A DNA stretch of 29,038 nt from Chloroflexota bacterium. Lineage in GTDB: Bacteria; Chloroflexota; Anaerolineae; Anaerolineales; Anaerolineaceae. Location: contig JAGVUS010000120.1 in assembly GCA_019136175.1 (NCBI GenBank), forward strand, positions 1 to 29,038, read 5' to 3'. Position numbers and translations under genes: made by a program. Below, piece after piece: positions 1 through 8,555 of this stretch (the first letter of the stretch is position 1; the number at the start of each line of letters is the position of its first letter). The notes beneath the pieces are model-generated. The model had not been told where the DNA came from. It saw only the letters and a program-made list of their open reading frames with translations, and made no database searches.

Positions 1-1
1 G

Positions 2-490
2 TTGCTGAAGGCATGCGCGGTATTATCGCAGGGCAGCCAACCCGATCTTTGGATTGTTGGGGATGGACCTGCGCGGGTTGTACTGGAAACCCTGGCTCAA
101 AATATCTACCCCTCTGCGCGGTTCCTGGGAGATCAGCGGGGGGATGCTCTTGCAGAGATTTTCCGGGAGGTGGATTTGTTTGTGCTGCCCGGAACCGGGG
201 GTCTGGCAGTACAGGAAGCCATGGCAGCCGGGCTGCCCGTCATTGTTGCTGAGGGGGATGGTACCCAGGGCGACCTGGTTCGCCCGGAGAACGGCTGGCT
301 GATTCCTCCGGGTGACCATGCCACGCTTGCGTCCGTGCTATCCGAAGCAATCCGGGAGCCGGATCGCCTGCGACAGATGGGGATGGCATCCCGGAGGATT
401 GTGAGCGAGGAAATTAACCTGGAAACAATGGCGGAAGCATATGCTCGGGCTATTCATATTACCTTGGGAGAGACGCCATGCACATCCTGA
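2..490 (+). CDS. Glycosyltransferase family 4 (GT-B) protein, C-terminal part; 5' end lies outside the window
   Basis: IVGDGP, RFLG, DLFVLP and LAVQEAMAAGLPVI motifs and the NGWLIPPGD segment are typical of the GT4 C-terminal domain. The frame is open to the window edge. Confidence 0.9.
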   Translation: MLKACAVLSQGSQPDLWIVGDGPARVVLETLAQNIYPSARFLGDQRGDALAEIFREVDLFVLPGTGGLAVQEAMAAGLPVIVAEGDGTQGDLVRPENGWLIPPGDHATLASVLSEAIREPDRLRQMGMASRRIVSEEINLETMAEAYARAIHITLGETPCTS

Positions 491-1701
491 TCACTGCAGA
501 TGGACGCAGCCCGATTGCCATCAATTGGATCCGGATGGTGTTGGATGCCGGGCATATGGTTACGCTGGTCACCACCTATCCGTGCCAGAAAATACCCGGC
601 GTGGAACACATCATCCCGCTGCATGTTGCATTTGGCAGCCTGGCGGGTGGCGGATCTTCACCATCGTCTGCACTGCGGAGACTTGTGCGGCGGTTCCGCC
701 CATTATTCCAGGCAGCCCGAAATACCTTCGCCCCATTGGGAATGGAGCGTGCTGGGCGCCAGTTTTCCAGGCTGGTGGAACAGGTTCAGCCGGATATTGT
801 TCATGCACTGCGGATACCATACGAAGGTATTCTCGCCAGCCATACTCCTCCGGGTATTCCACTGGTGGTTAACATTTGGGGGAATGATTTCACCCTGCAT
901 GCCAATTCCTCGCGGATGTTGGGGAGGTTGACCACGGGGACACTGCGCCGGGCGGATGCACTGATGGCGGATACCCGGCGGGATTTACGGCTGGCAGTCA
1001 GGTGGGGTTTTGATTCCACCAAGCCCGCGCTTGCCCTGCCCAGCGCCGGGGGGATCGATCTTGAACAGGTTGGAGCAGCTGTCCCCCTCCCATTTCGGCA
1101 GGAAGTGTTTGCAAAAATTCCAAAAGACATCCCTTGGGTTGTCAATCCGCGCGGTATTCGGGCATATACCCGGACGGATGTATTTTTCCAGTCCATTCCA
1201 TTGGTGTTGAACCGCTGGCAAAACGTCCGTTTTCTTTGCCCGGGAATGGAAAATCGCAAGGAGGCTGAGGATTGGGTGCAGCGGCTGGGGATTGATGATC
1301 ATGTGCACCTGCTGCCGGTTTTATCCCAGGATGATCTCTGGCGGTTATTCTCCCGCTCGGTGATGTCTCTTTCCATCACCATGCACGATGGCACTCCCAA
1401 TACTTTGTTGGAAGCCATGGCATGTGGGAGCCTGCCCATCGCTGGAGACTTGGAAACCCTGCGGGAGTGGATTACACCGGGCGTCAATGGCTTGCTGGTG
1501 GATCCCAATCAACCCCAGGCGGTTGCCGATGCGATGTTATTGGGTTTTACCAATCCGCAGTTATTCCGAACAGCAGCAGAAATCAATCGAAACATCATTC
1601 TGGAACGGGCGGAAACCCGGATGGTTCGGGAAAAATTGCAGAAATTTTATCAAGAAATCCTGCAAGGAACCGGTGAAACCGGTTTACAGGTATTGTCCTA
1701 A
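478..1701 (+). CDS. Glycosyltransferase family 4 (GT-B) protein
   Basis: 407 aa. N-terminal MHILI strand, donor-binding HDGTPNTLLEAMACG motif, then GVNGLLVDP. Overlaps the upstream GT by 13 nt; GGAG upstream. Confidence 0.9.
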   Translation: MHILITADGRSPIAINWIRMVLDAGHMVTLVTTYPCQKIPGVEHIIPLHVAFGSLAGGGSSPSSALRRLVRRFRPLFQAARNTFAPLGMERAGRQFSRLVEQVQPDIVHALRIPYEGILASHTPPGIPLVVNIWGNDFTLHANSSRMLGRLTTGTLRRADALMADTRRDLRLAVRWGFDSTKPALALPSAGGIDLEQVGAAVPLPFRQEVFAKIPKDIPWVVNPRGIRAYTRTDVFFQSIPLVLNRWQNVRFLCPGMENRKEAEDWVQRLGIDDHVHLLPVLSQDDLWRLFSRSVMSLSITMHDGTPNTLLEAMACGSLPIAGDLETLREWITPGVNGLLVDPNQPQAVADAMLLGFTNPQLFRTAAEINRNIILERAETRMVREKLQKFYQEILQGTGETGLQVLS

Positions 1702-1716
1702 CGTGGGGAGGGCGGC

Positions 1717-2634
1717 ATGAATGAAATTGAACAGGATCGAATCCGGGGGTGCGCAGTGGGTGCGGTTTGCGGAGATGCACTGGGGATGCCGCTGGAATTT
1801 GCTCCTCCCAACCCATTGGATGCACTTGTTCGAGAGATGATTTCCGGCAGGCTTCCTGCCGGGTCTTTTACGGATGACACCGAGATGGCGTTGGCGGTGG
1901 CGGAAAGCCTGCTGGCAACGCATGATCTTGATCCTTCAGATCTTGCGCGGCGATTCCTGATCTGGTACAAGACCAATCCACCCGATGTTGGTTTGTTCAC
2001 TTCAATGGTGTTGCAGGGTGTGCTGCAGGGACTTGGCTGGGAGGAAGCCGCCAGGCGTGCACAGGAGCATAGCCCGCATTCCGCCTCGAATGGAAGCCTG
2101 ATGCGTTGCTGGCCGGTTGCAATTGCCCGGTGGAGGGACTGGCAGCGCCTGCTGGCGGAAAGTGCGCTGCAAAGCCGGGTTACCCATCCCCATCCGGATT
2201 GTGTGGCAGCCTGTGTGTTTGTTAATGCCATGATTTATGAAATGATTCATGGCGTTCACAAAACGGATGCGCTAGGGATTTGCCTGGAACTGGATCTGCC
2301 CGAAGAACTGCGGACAGTGATTCGGATGGCTCCATCCCGGAAGCGGGGGGCATTGCGGAACACAGGTTGGGTGCATCACACCATGGAGGCTGTCGTCTGG
2401 GGCTTGGTGAACACTGACACTTTTGAAGATGCCCTGGTTGAGGTGGTCAACCTGGGATCGGATGCTGACACGGCGGGCACCGTGGTGGGCGCTTTAGCTG
2501 GAGCGTATTACGGACTGGGGGCGATTCCGGATCGATGGGTAAAAACCATTGGTGGACTTTGGCTGCCTCGCACCGGAATCAAGATTGGCGCGGGGGAAAT
2601 CATCACCATGGCGGACCGGTTATCGGGATTGTAG
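1717..2634 (+). CDS. ADP-ribosylglycohydrolase family protein (DraG/ARH-like)
   Basis: GAVCGDALG, FTDDTEM, SNGSLMR, THPH and NLGSDADT metal-binding motifs. SD GGGGAGG upstream. Confidence 0.92.
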   Translation: MNEIEQDRIRGCAVGAVCGDALGMPLEFAPPNPLDALVREMISGRLPAGSFTDDTEMALAVAESLLATHDLDPSDLARRFLIWYKTNPPDVGLFTSMVLQGVLQGLGWEEAARRAQEHSPHSASNGSLMRCWPVAIARWRDWQRLLAESALQSRVTHPHPDCVAACVFVNAMIYEMIHGVHKTDALGICLELDLPEELRTVIRMAPSRKRGALRNTGWVHHTMEAVVWGLVNTDTFEDALVEVVNLGSDADTAGTVVGALAGAYYGLGAIPDRWVKTIGGLWLPRTGIKIGAGEIITMADRLSGL

Positions 2635-2684
2635 GATTGCGGTGGTATAAAGTGACATTAAGCATTCACACAGATTGCATTTGA

Positions 2685-2710
2685 ACCCCATGCTTGGGAT
2701 GGGGTGCTTT
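2685..2710 (+). terminator. Possible weak intrinsic terminator after the GT-GT-ARH operon
   Basis: 7-bp stem ACCCCAT/ATGGGGT with a 7-nt loop, followed by only GCTTT. Confidence 0.3.
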
Positions 2711-2737
2711 GACTTGCCAGTGCTTGTGGGCTATACT
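2709..2737 (+). promoter_or_regulatory. Sigma70-type promoter of the ALDH/CoA-transferase operon
   Basis: TTGACT (2709-2714), a 17-bp spacer and TATACT (2732-2737). SD GGAGGA at 2785-2790 precedes ATG 2797. Confidence 0.75.
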
Positions 2738-2796
2738 TGAATGAGGCGTAAAATTCAATCCAAAATCCATTTTTCAAACAATCTGGAGGAACTGAT

Positions 2797-4377
2797 ATGG
2801 CAGAGACGTTCAAATTGACCTACGGAACCATGTACAACCCACCGGAAGAACTGCATCAAAAATATGATGCAGCCCTGGCAAAGGTAAAGGCATCCCTTGG
2901 ACGGGAACATGGCATGATCATCAATGGCGAGGAACGGTTTGTGGCGGATAAATTTGAGGACCGCACCCCGGCTGATACCGATGTTGTTCTTGGAATTTTC
3001 CAAAAGGGTGGAGTCCAGGATGCCAATGATGCCGTGGAAGCCGCAAAGCGGGCATTCCCTGGCTGGAGTCACACTCCCTGGCAGGAACGAATTGCATTGG
3101 TCCGCAAGGCAGCCTCATTGATGGATGAACGGATATTTGAAATGGGCGTCATTGTTGGCATGGAAGTGGGCAAGAACCGCATGGAAGCCCTTGGTGATGT
3201 TGCCGAGACTGCGGATCTGTTCCGCTATGCCTGCGACCAGATGGAAGCCAACCAGGGTTTTGTGGTGGAAATGGGGCGCGATCCGTTGACCGGCTACCTT
3301 TCCACGAACACCTCTGTCCTGCGACCCTATGGCGTTTGGCTGGTAATCAGCCCGTTCAACTTCCCCTGTGCATTGACAGGTGGACCCACTGCGGCAGCAC
3401 TGGTGGCAGGCAATACGGTTGTGATCAAACCGGCAACAGACACTCCCTGGACTTCCCGAATGATTGCAGAATGCCTGCGCGATGCGGGAATTCCTGCCGG
3501 TGTGTTTAACTATGTAACTGGTCCGGGCAGTACGCTTGGACAAACCTTGATTGATCATCCTGCTGTGGCGGGTGTGACCTTCACTGGCTCATATGAAGTT
3601 GGCATGAAAATCTACCGCGATTTTGCCAGGGGACGCTGGGTGCGCCCAACCATCCTGGAACTGGGTGGAAAGAATCCTGCCATCGTCACACGTCATGCCG
3701 ATTTGGAAGCAGCAGCAGTGGGGATTGTCCGCTCGGCATTTGGTTTGCAGGGGCAAAAATGCTCGGCATGCTCCCGCGTGTTTGTGGAGGAACCGGTTTA
3801 TGATGCCCTGGTTGACCGCCTGGTGGAATTGACCCGCAAACTGGCAATTGGGGACCCAACAGAGCGAAATGTCTATCTTGGACCGGTGGTTAACAAAAGT
3901 TCCTATAAGGACTTCCAGGATTTCTGCGCAGACCTTGGACGCCATGGAAAGTTCCTGAATGGCGGTCACGTGCTGACGGAAGGCGCGTACGCCAGAGGAT
4001 ATTTCTGCACTCCCACATTGGTCGGAGACCTGCCGTACGATCATCCTCTTTGGAAAACCGAAATGTTTGTCCCCATTACCACAGTCGGAAAATTCCAAAC
4101 CCTGGATGAAGCCCTGGTGATGGCGAACGATGTTGAATATGGTTTGACCGCTGGCGTTTACGGAACGGAAGAAGAAGTTTCCATCTTCTTTGACCGGATT
4201 GAATCGGGCGTTGCTTACTCGAACCGACCGCAAGGCGCTACAACGGGTGCCTGGCCTGGCTTCCAGCCATTTGGTGGATGGAAGGCATCCGGCTCCAGCG
4301 GCAAGAATTCCGGCGGTGTGTATTATCTGCAAAACTATATGCATGAGCAGATTCGCACCCACGTTGTCAAACTGTGA
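2797..4377 (+). CDS. Aldehyde dehydrogenase, 1-pyrroline-5-carboxylate dehydrogenase (RocA/PruA)-like
   Basis: ISPFNFP, KPA, FTGS, catalytic ELGGKN and GQKCSAC, EMFVP, TGA..GFQPFGGWKASG. The SAFGxxGQKCSACSR pattern matches the P5CDH subfamily; substrate not proven. Confidence 0.88.
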   Translation: MAETFKLTYGTMYNPPEELHQKYDAALAKVKASLGREHGMIINGEERFVADKFEDRTPADTDVVLGIFQKGGVQDANDAVEAAKRAFPGWSHTPWQERIALVRKAASLMDERIFEMGVIVGMEVGKNRMEALGDVAETADLFRYACDQMEANQGFVVEMGRDPLTGYLSTNTSVLRPYGVWLVISPFNFPCALTGGPTAAALVAGNTVVIKPATDTPWTSRMIAECLRDAGIPAGVFNYVTGPGSTLGQTLIDHPAVAGVTFTGSYEVGMKIYRDFARGRWVRPTILELGGKNPAIVTRHADLEAAAVGIVRSAFGLQGQKCSACSRVFVEEPVYDALVDRLVELTRKLAIGDPTERNVYLGPVVNKSSYKDFQDFCADLGRHGKFLNGGHVLTEGAYARGYFCTPTLVGDLPYDHPLWKTEMFVPITTVGKFQTLDEALVMANDVEYGLTAGVYGTEEEVSIFFDRIESGVAYSNRPQGATTGAWPGFQPFGGWKASGSSGKNSGGVYYLQNYMHEQIRTHVVKL

Positions 4378-4682
4378 GTCTGGGTAACCGCGTCGGGCAA
4401 TTTTTTCTCTGGATGGGGGGAGGGCTGGTTTTGTTGTTTGTTTTCTCAGCACTGGCAGACCAGCCCTCCTACTGGTTTTTGTTGGCAGGAATGGTGTGCC
4501 TGGGGATTGGGGGAGCCCTGTGGATTTCCGGACCCCGCCCCCAAGTCCAGCAAAATGGCAGGTTCCGAATTCTCCAGCGCAAAAAAGCACCGGCAGGTGG
4601 GAGATCACGGAAAACTTCCGGCAGGGAGAGAGAAACCCGCGAACAGGAAAAGGAACGGAACCCCGGTTCCGGTAACCGATGA
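4374..4682 (+). CDS. Hypothetical small membrane protein with two TM helices and a basic/charged tail
   Basis: GTG start overlaps the ALDH stop (GTGA). Two clear hydrophobic helices, then an Arg/Lys/Glu-rich tail. Fills the gap in the operon. Confidence 0.7.
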   Translation: MSLGNRVGQFFLWMGGGLVLLFVFSALADQPSYWFLLAGMVCLGIGGALWISGPRPQVQQNGRFRILQRKKAPAGGRSRKTSGRERETREQEKERNPGSGNR

Positions 4683-4714
4683 ATAAATCATCAAAGAATT
4701 CGGATGGCTAATTT

Positions 4715-5617
4715 ATGACTAAACTTTGTTCTTTAGCAGAAGCTGTATCTCAACATGTCCATGATGGGGATTGTGTGTATGCGGCTGGATTCACGCACCT
4801 GATCCCGTTTGCAGCCGGGCATGAAATGATTCGGCAGGGACGAAAGAACCTGACCCTGGCACGGGCAACTCCGGATCTGATCTATGACCAGATGGTTGCT
4901 GCCGGTTGTGCCCGAAAAATTATTTTCTCCTACATGGGCAATCCGGGAGTTGGATCGCTGCGGATTTTACGAACAGAAGTGGAAGCAGGCAGGCTGGAGG
5001 TGGATGAGTATTCCCACTTTGGCATGATCACCCGTCTCCAGGCTGGCGCCAGTGGCTTGCCATTTCTCCCCATGAATCCCACTGCTGCAGTGGACCTGGA
5101 ACAATCCAATCCAAACATCCGGCGGGTCATCGATCCGTACTCCGGCAGGGAATTAATTGCTGTACCTGCTCTCCATCCGGATGTGGCAATTATTCATGTG
5201 CAGCGGGCGGATGTGAACGGCAATGCCCAGATTTGGGGTATCCTGGGGGAGCAGAAAGAAGTGGCATTTGCTGCCCGTAAAGTGATTCTCACAGCGGAAG
5301 AAATCGTTGAAGAGGACGTTATCCGCTCTGACCCCAACCGGACGATGATTCCAGGTTTTATTGTCAGCGCGGTCTGTCATGTGCCATATTGTGCACATCC
5401 ATCCTATACCCAGGGATATTATGACCGTGATAACGCATTTTACTTGGAATGGGATAAGATCAGCGAGAGTCCGGATGCGGTTCAAGCCTGGCTGCAGGAA
5501 TGGGTGTATGGCGTCCGGGACAGCCTGGAATACTGGGACAAGCTTGGTGCGGAAGTTCACAACCGCCTGAAGGTGAACCCCAGGCTGGCTTCACCGGTCA
5601 ATTATGGAGATTATTAA
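4715..5617 (+). CDS. Family I CoA-transferase subunit A (CatI/GctA type)
   Basis: GFTHLIPFAAGHEMIRQG, TPDLIYDQ, GNPGVGSL, PDVAIIHVQRADxxGN and HPSYTQGYYDRD closely follow the CatI / glutaconate CoA-transferase alpha pattern. Confidence 0.92.
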   Translation: MTKLCSLAEAVSQHVHDGDCVYAAGFTHLIPFAAGHEMIRQGRKNLTLARATPDLIYDQMVAAGCARKIIFSYMGNPGVGSLRILRTEVEAGRLEVDEYSHFGMITRLQAGASGLPFLPMNPTAAVDLEQSNPNIRRVIDPYSGRELIAVPALHPDVAIIHVQRADVNGNAQIWGILGEQKEVAFAARKVILTAEEIVEEDVIRSDPNRTMIPGFIVSAVCHVPYCAHPSYTQGYYDRDNAFYLEWDKISESPDAVQAWLQEWVYGVRDSLEYWDKLGAEVHNRLKVNPRLASPVNYGDY

Positions 5618-5618
5618 T

Positions 5619-6377
5619 ATGGAACACACAGCTTCCGAATTAATGACAGTCAATGCAGCCCGCCTGTTGCGGGATGGGGATGTGGTATTTGTGGGGGTGG
5701 GTTTGCCCAACCTGGCATGCAATCTTGCCAGGCGGACGCATGCCCCCAACCTCGTAATGATCTATGAAGCTGGTGTGATTGGAGCGCGTCCGGCGCGCCT
5801 GCCACTGTCCATCGGTGATCCCACGCTGGTGAGCGGGGCTTTAAGTGTATGCTCGATGTATGACATTTTTACCCTCTACCTGCAGCGCGGTAACGTGGAC
5901 GTGGGATTTTTGGGAGGAGCCCAGATTGACAAATTTGGCAATATCAACGCCACGGTGATTGGTCCTTATGACCACCCGAAAGTCCGCCTGCCCGGATCGG
6001 GTGGTTCGCAGGAAATTGCTGCATGGGCAAACCGGTGTTATATCATCACACCGCATCAAAAGCGGCGTTTTCCGGAGAAGGTGGATTTTCGAACTTCGGC
6101 GGGCTTTCTCTCCGGCAAAACAGAACGCCAGGTAGCTGGTGTCCGCGGTGGAGGACCACAGGCGGTAGTCACCGACCTGGGCATCCTGGAACCGGATGAA
6201 AACGGCGAATTGATTTTAACGGCTCTCCACCCGGGAGTTGCAGTGGAACAGGCAGTGGCAAATACTGGATGGGCGCTGCGTGTGTCTGATCAGCTAAAAA
6301 TCACTGAGTTGCCTGGCGAGGAAGAGCTTCGGATTCTTCGTGAAGAGCTGGATCCAACCGGTATTTATATCAAATAG
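5619..6377 (+). CDS. Family I CoA-transferase subunit B (CatJ/GctB type)
   Basis: VFVGVGLP, catalytic Glu in IYEAG, LPLSIGD, GFLGGAQIDKFGNIN, RLPGSGG and VVTDLG. Start moved to ATG 5619 (SD GGAGA, 1 nt after the subunit A stop). Confidence 0.92.
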   Translation: MEHTASELMTVNAARLLRDGDVVFVGVGLPNLACNLARRTHAPNLVMIYEAGVIGARPARLPLSIGDPTLVSGALSVCSMYDIFTLYLQRGNVDVGFLGGAQIDKFGNINATVIGPYDHPKVRLPGSGGSQEIAAWANRCYIITPHQKRRFPEKVDFRTSAGFLSGKTERQVAGVRGGGPQAVVTDLGILEPDENGELILTALHPGVAVEQAVANTGWALRVSDQLKITELPGEEELRILREELDPTGIYIK

Positions 6378-6397
6378 TGGAACCCTGGAGGTAATGG

Positions 6398-7423
6398 ATG
6401 ACAAACCCGATTGAAGTACTGATTACGCTGACGCTGCCTGATACAGTTGTAGAACAAATCCGGCAGGCATCCCCCCGACTGCACGTATCCTACCACCCGG
6501 CAAAGAAAGCCGAGGATATTCCGGATGATGTGTTGAAAAAAGCCGAGATTATCTATGTGGAAAGAATGCTTCCGCTTCCGGAGCAGGTTCCCAACTTGAA
6601 GTGGATTCATTTCATGTTTGCAGGGATTGATTTTGCCGTCAATGCGCCGCTGTTGCAAAAACCGGGCTTGCTCATCACCCATGCCAGTGGTGCCATGTCC
6701 CCGCAGGTGGCGGAGCATGCCGTTGCCATGATGCTTGCGCTGGGTCACCACATGCCAAAAATGGCTGCCCTCCAGCAACGCGCGGAGTGGCCACCAATTG
6801 CCATCCGGTGGGAAAAACTGGCACCCAGGGAAGTGCGCGGCAGTACAGTGGGGCTGGTGGGTTATGGCAGCATTGGACGGGAAATTGCCCGCCTGCTTCA
6901 GCCATTTGGCTGTACCATCCTGGCTGCCAAGCGTGACGTTATGCATCCCAGGGATACCGGCTTTACGTTTCCGGGTCAGGGAGACCCGGAGGGAGACCTG
7001 TTCACCCGCCTGTATCCCATGGAAGCAGTTGGCTCCATGATGAAAGAATGCGATTTTGTGATCATCAGCCTGCCGCTTTCCCCTGCAACGCGGGGTATCA
7101 TTGGCGCAGCAGAACTGGCGATGATGAAACCAACTGCCTATCTGATTGATGTGGGGCGGGGTGGTGTCCTGGATACAGCAGCCATCCTCCATGTCCTCCA
7201 GGAAAAGAAGATTGCTGGAGCAGCCCTGGATGTATTTGCCGAGGAGCCGCTTCCGGTAACCAGCCCATTCTGGCAGCTCCCCAACCTGATGATTACCCCC
7301 CATACTGCTGGAGTGAGCCTGCAGTTCCATGAACGGGCAGGTGTTGTGTTTGCGGAAAACCTGAAGCGATATGTAGCGGGGGATCCACTGATCAACCAGT
7401 ATGATCCCGCATTGGGATACTAG
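6398..7423 (+). CDS. D-2-hydroxyacid dehydrogenase (NAD-dependent)
   Basis: VAEHA, Rossmann GLVGYGSIG, DVGRG, LDVFxxEP and ITPH catalytic motifs. SD GGAGG upstream. Confidence 0.92.
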   Translation: MTNPIEVLITLTLPDTVVEQIRQASPRLHVSYHPAKKAEDIPDDVLKKAEIIYVERMLPLPEQVPNLKWIHFMFAGIDFAVNAPLLQKPGLLITHASGAMSPQVAEHAVAMMLALGHHMPKMAALQQRAEWPPIAIRWEKLAPREVRGSTVGLVGYGSIGREIARLLQPFGCTILAAKRDVMHPRDTGFTFPGQGDPEGDLFTRLYPMEAVGSMMKECDFVIISLPLSPATRGIIGAAELAMMKPTAYLIDVGRGGVLDTAAILHVLQEKKIAGAALDVFAEEPLPVTSPFWQLPNLMITPHTAGVSLQFHERAGVVFAENLKRYVAGDPLINQYDPALGY

Positions 7424-7444
7424 GACATTTTTTAGAATAAATGG

Positions 7445-7472
7445 CAACCGCCCGGTATACGCCGGGCGGTTG
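7445..7472. terminator. Hairpin between convergent genes; likely bidirectional terminator or REP-like element
   Basis: Perfect 11-bp stem CAACCGCCCGG/CCGGGCGGTTG with loop TATACG. U-tails are weak on both strands. Confidence 0.65.
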
Positions 7473-7489
7473 ATCGTTATCATGAAAGA

Positions 7490-8449
7490 TCAGGGGGAGC
7501 AGGTAATTGAGAAGTTCGCCTTGTCAAAATACTGGTGATTGGGTGCATCCACGTAAATGCGTGCCCAACCATTCAGCGATGAACCCGGGCTGCCAACCGA
7601 CCAGGTGTGGGACACGTTCAAAGTTCCGGCAGAGGTAAATTCGATGGATTTCAATCCGGTTCGAGCCCCATCACTTTGTTCCCAGTAATAGGTGACAGTA
7701 CCCGGTGCGCTGGCGGTCACAGCACCGGTAAACGTAATGGTCACCGGGCAGGTACCGGAATGGCTGGCGGGGTTGGCAGACATCCCAATGCTGGTGACAG
7801 CAAAGGCAGGCTGGGTTGCATTCCCGACCTTGATTTTGACCCAGAATTGTTTGTCTGCATTGGCACCTAATCCGAACCGGACGCCGGAGGCGTTTTCCAG
7901 CATCCAGAAGCCTTCATAAGTCCCATCGGACGCCGGAGCTTTGAGCGTGACAGACAGGTCAATCGTTTGCTGGGGAGCAACACTGGCAGGAAAAGCAACC
8001 GAGGCGGGTCCTTCCATGGAATTACCATTGATGAAAACCAGCTTGTAACCGGATGTCCAGGTGCAGGAGCCGTTGTTTTTTAACCGCCAGGTTTTGATAA
8101 AAGTTGTGCCTGGCGAAAACTGGGTTCCATCAGGAACGGTAACATCATCAATAAATGTTCCCCGATCACACATAATGGGGGTGGATGCTACTGTAGGTGT
8201 GGCGGTTTCCAACGGCGGAAGTGTTGCCGAAGGGGCAGGGTTGGTGGGAGAAAGGGTTGGGGGTTGGGTTGCTGGAGGCTTGGGCGTGAGGGCGGCACTT
8301 TGCGTCAGCAGATATTCCACCGTTAAAGCAACAACAGTTTGGGCTGGCAAGGTGGGGGCAATGGTTGGTGTGGCGCGCGGCAGGTTGCAGGATGCCAGCA
8401 GGACGGATCCAATGATCAATATACCCATCAATCTGGATATTCTTTTCAT
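7490..8449 (-). CDS. Lipoprotein with Pro/Thr-rich linker, NBR1-Ig-like (FW) domain and C-terminal Ig-like domain
   Basis: Signal peptide with lipobox LLAS-C21, then a P/T-rich stalk. DVTVPDGTxFxPGTTFIKTWRLKNNGSCTW...GFWML is the NBR1/FW signature. SD GAGGA upstream. Confidence 0.88.
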   Translation of the reverse strand: MKRISRLMGILIIGSVLLASCNLPRATPTIAPTLPAQTVVALTVEYLLTQSAALTPKPPATQPPTLSPTNPAPSATLPPLETATPTVASTPIMCDRGTFIDDVTVPDGTQFSPGTTFIKTWRLKNNGSCTWTSGYKLVFINGNSMEGPASVAFPASVAPQQTIDLSVTLKAPASDGTYEGFWMLENASGVRFGLGANADKQFWVKIKVGNATQPAFAVTSIGMSANPASHSGTCPVTITFTGAVTASAPGTVTYYWEQSDGARTGLKSIEFTSAGTLNVSHTWSVGSPGSSLNGWARIYVDAPNHQYFDKANFSITCSP

Positions 8450-8539
8450 GGCGGGTTCCTCTCTCTTTTCTGAGTATAAGAGAAATTCGCAAAAAATGAT
8501 AGCTGATTACCGCAATTTTCCTGCGTCAATTCGGGAAGA

Positions 8540-8548
8540 TGATAAAAT
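8540..8548 (+). promoter_or_regulatory. Extended -10 element for a probably leaderless rarA transcript
   Basis: TGATAAAAT (TGn-TAAAAT) lies 7 nt before ATG 8556, with no SD. Confidence 0.6.
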
Positions 8549-8555
8549 CAAATCG

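Noticed and set aside
3589-4608. 339-aa minus-strand ORF
   Set aside because: Antisense shadow of the well-supported ALDH gene, with no recognisable motifs.
6365-7483. 372-aa minus-strand ORF
   Set aside because: Antisense shadow of the D-2-hydroxyacid dehydrogenase; no RBS and no family motifs.
8061-8555. 165-aa N-terminal extension of the RarA ORF
   Set aside because: It is the reverse-strand reading of the lipoprotein gene; RarA homology begins after 8556.
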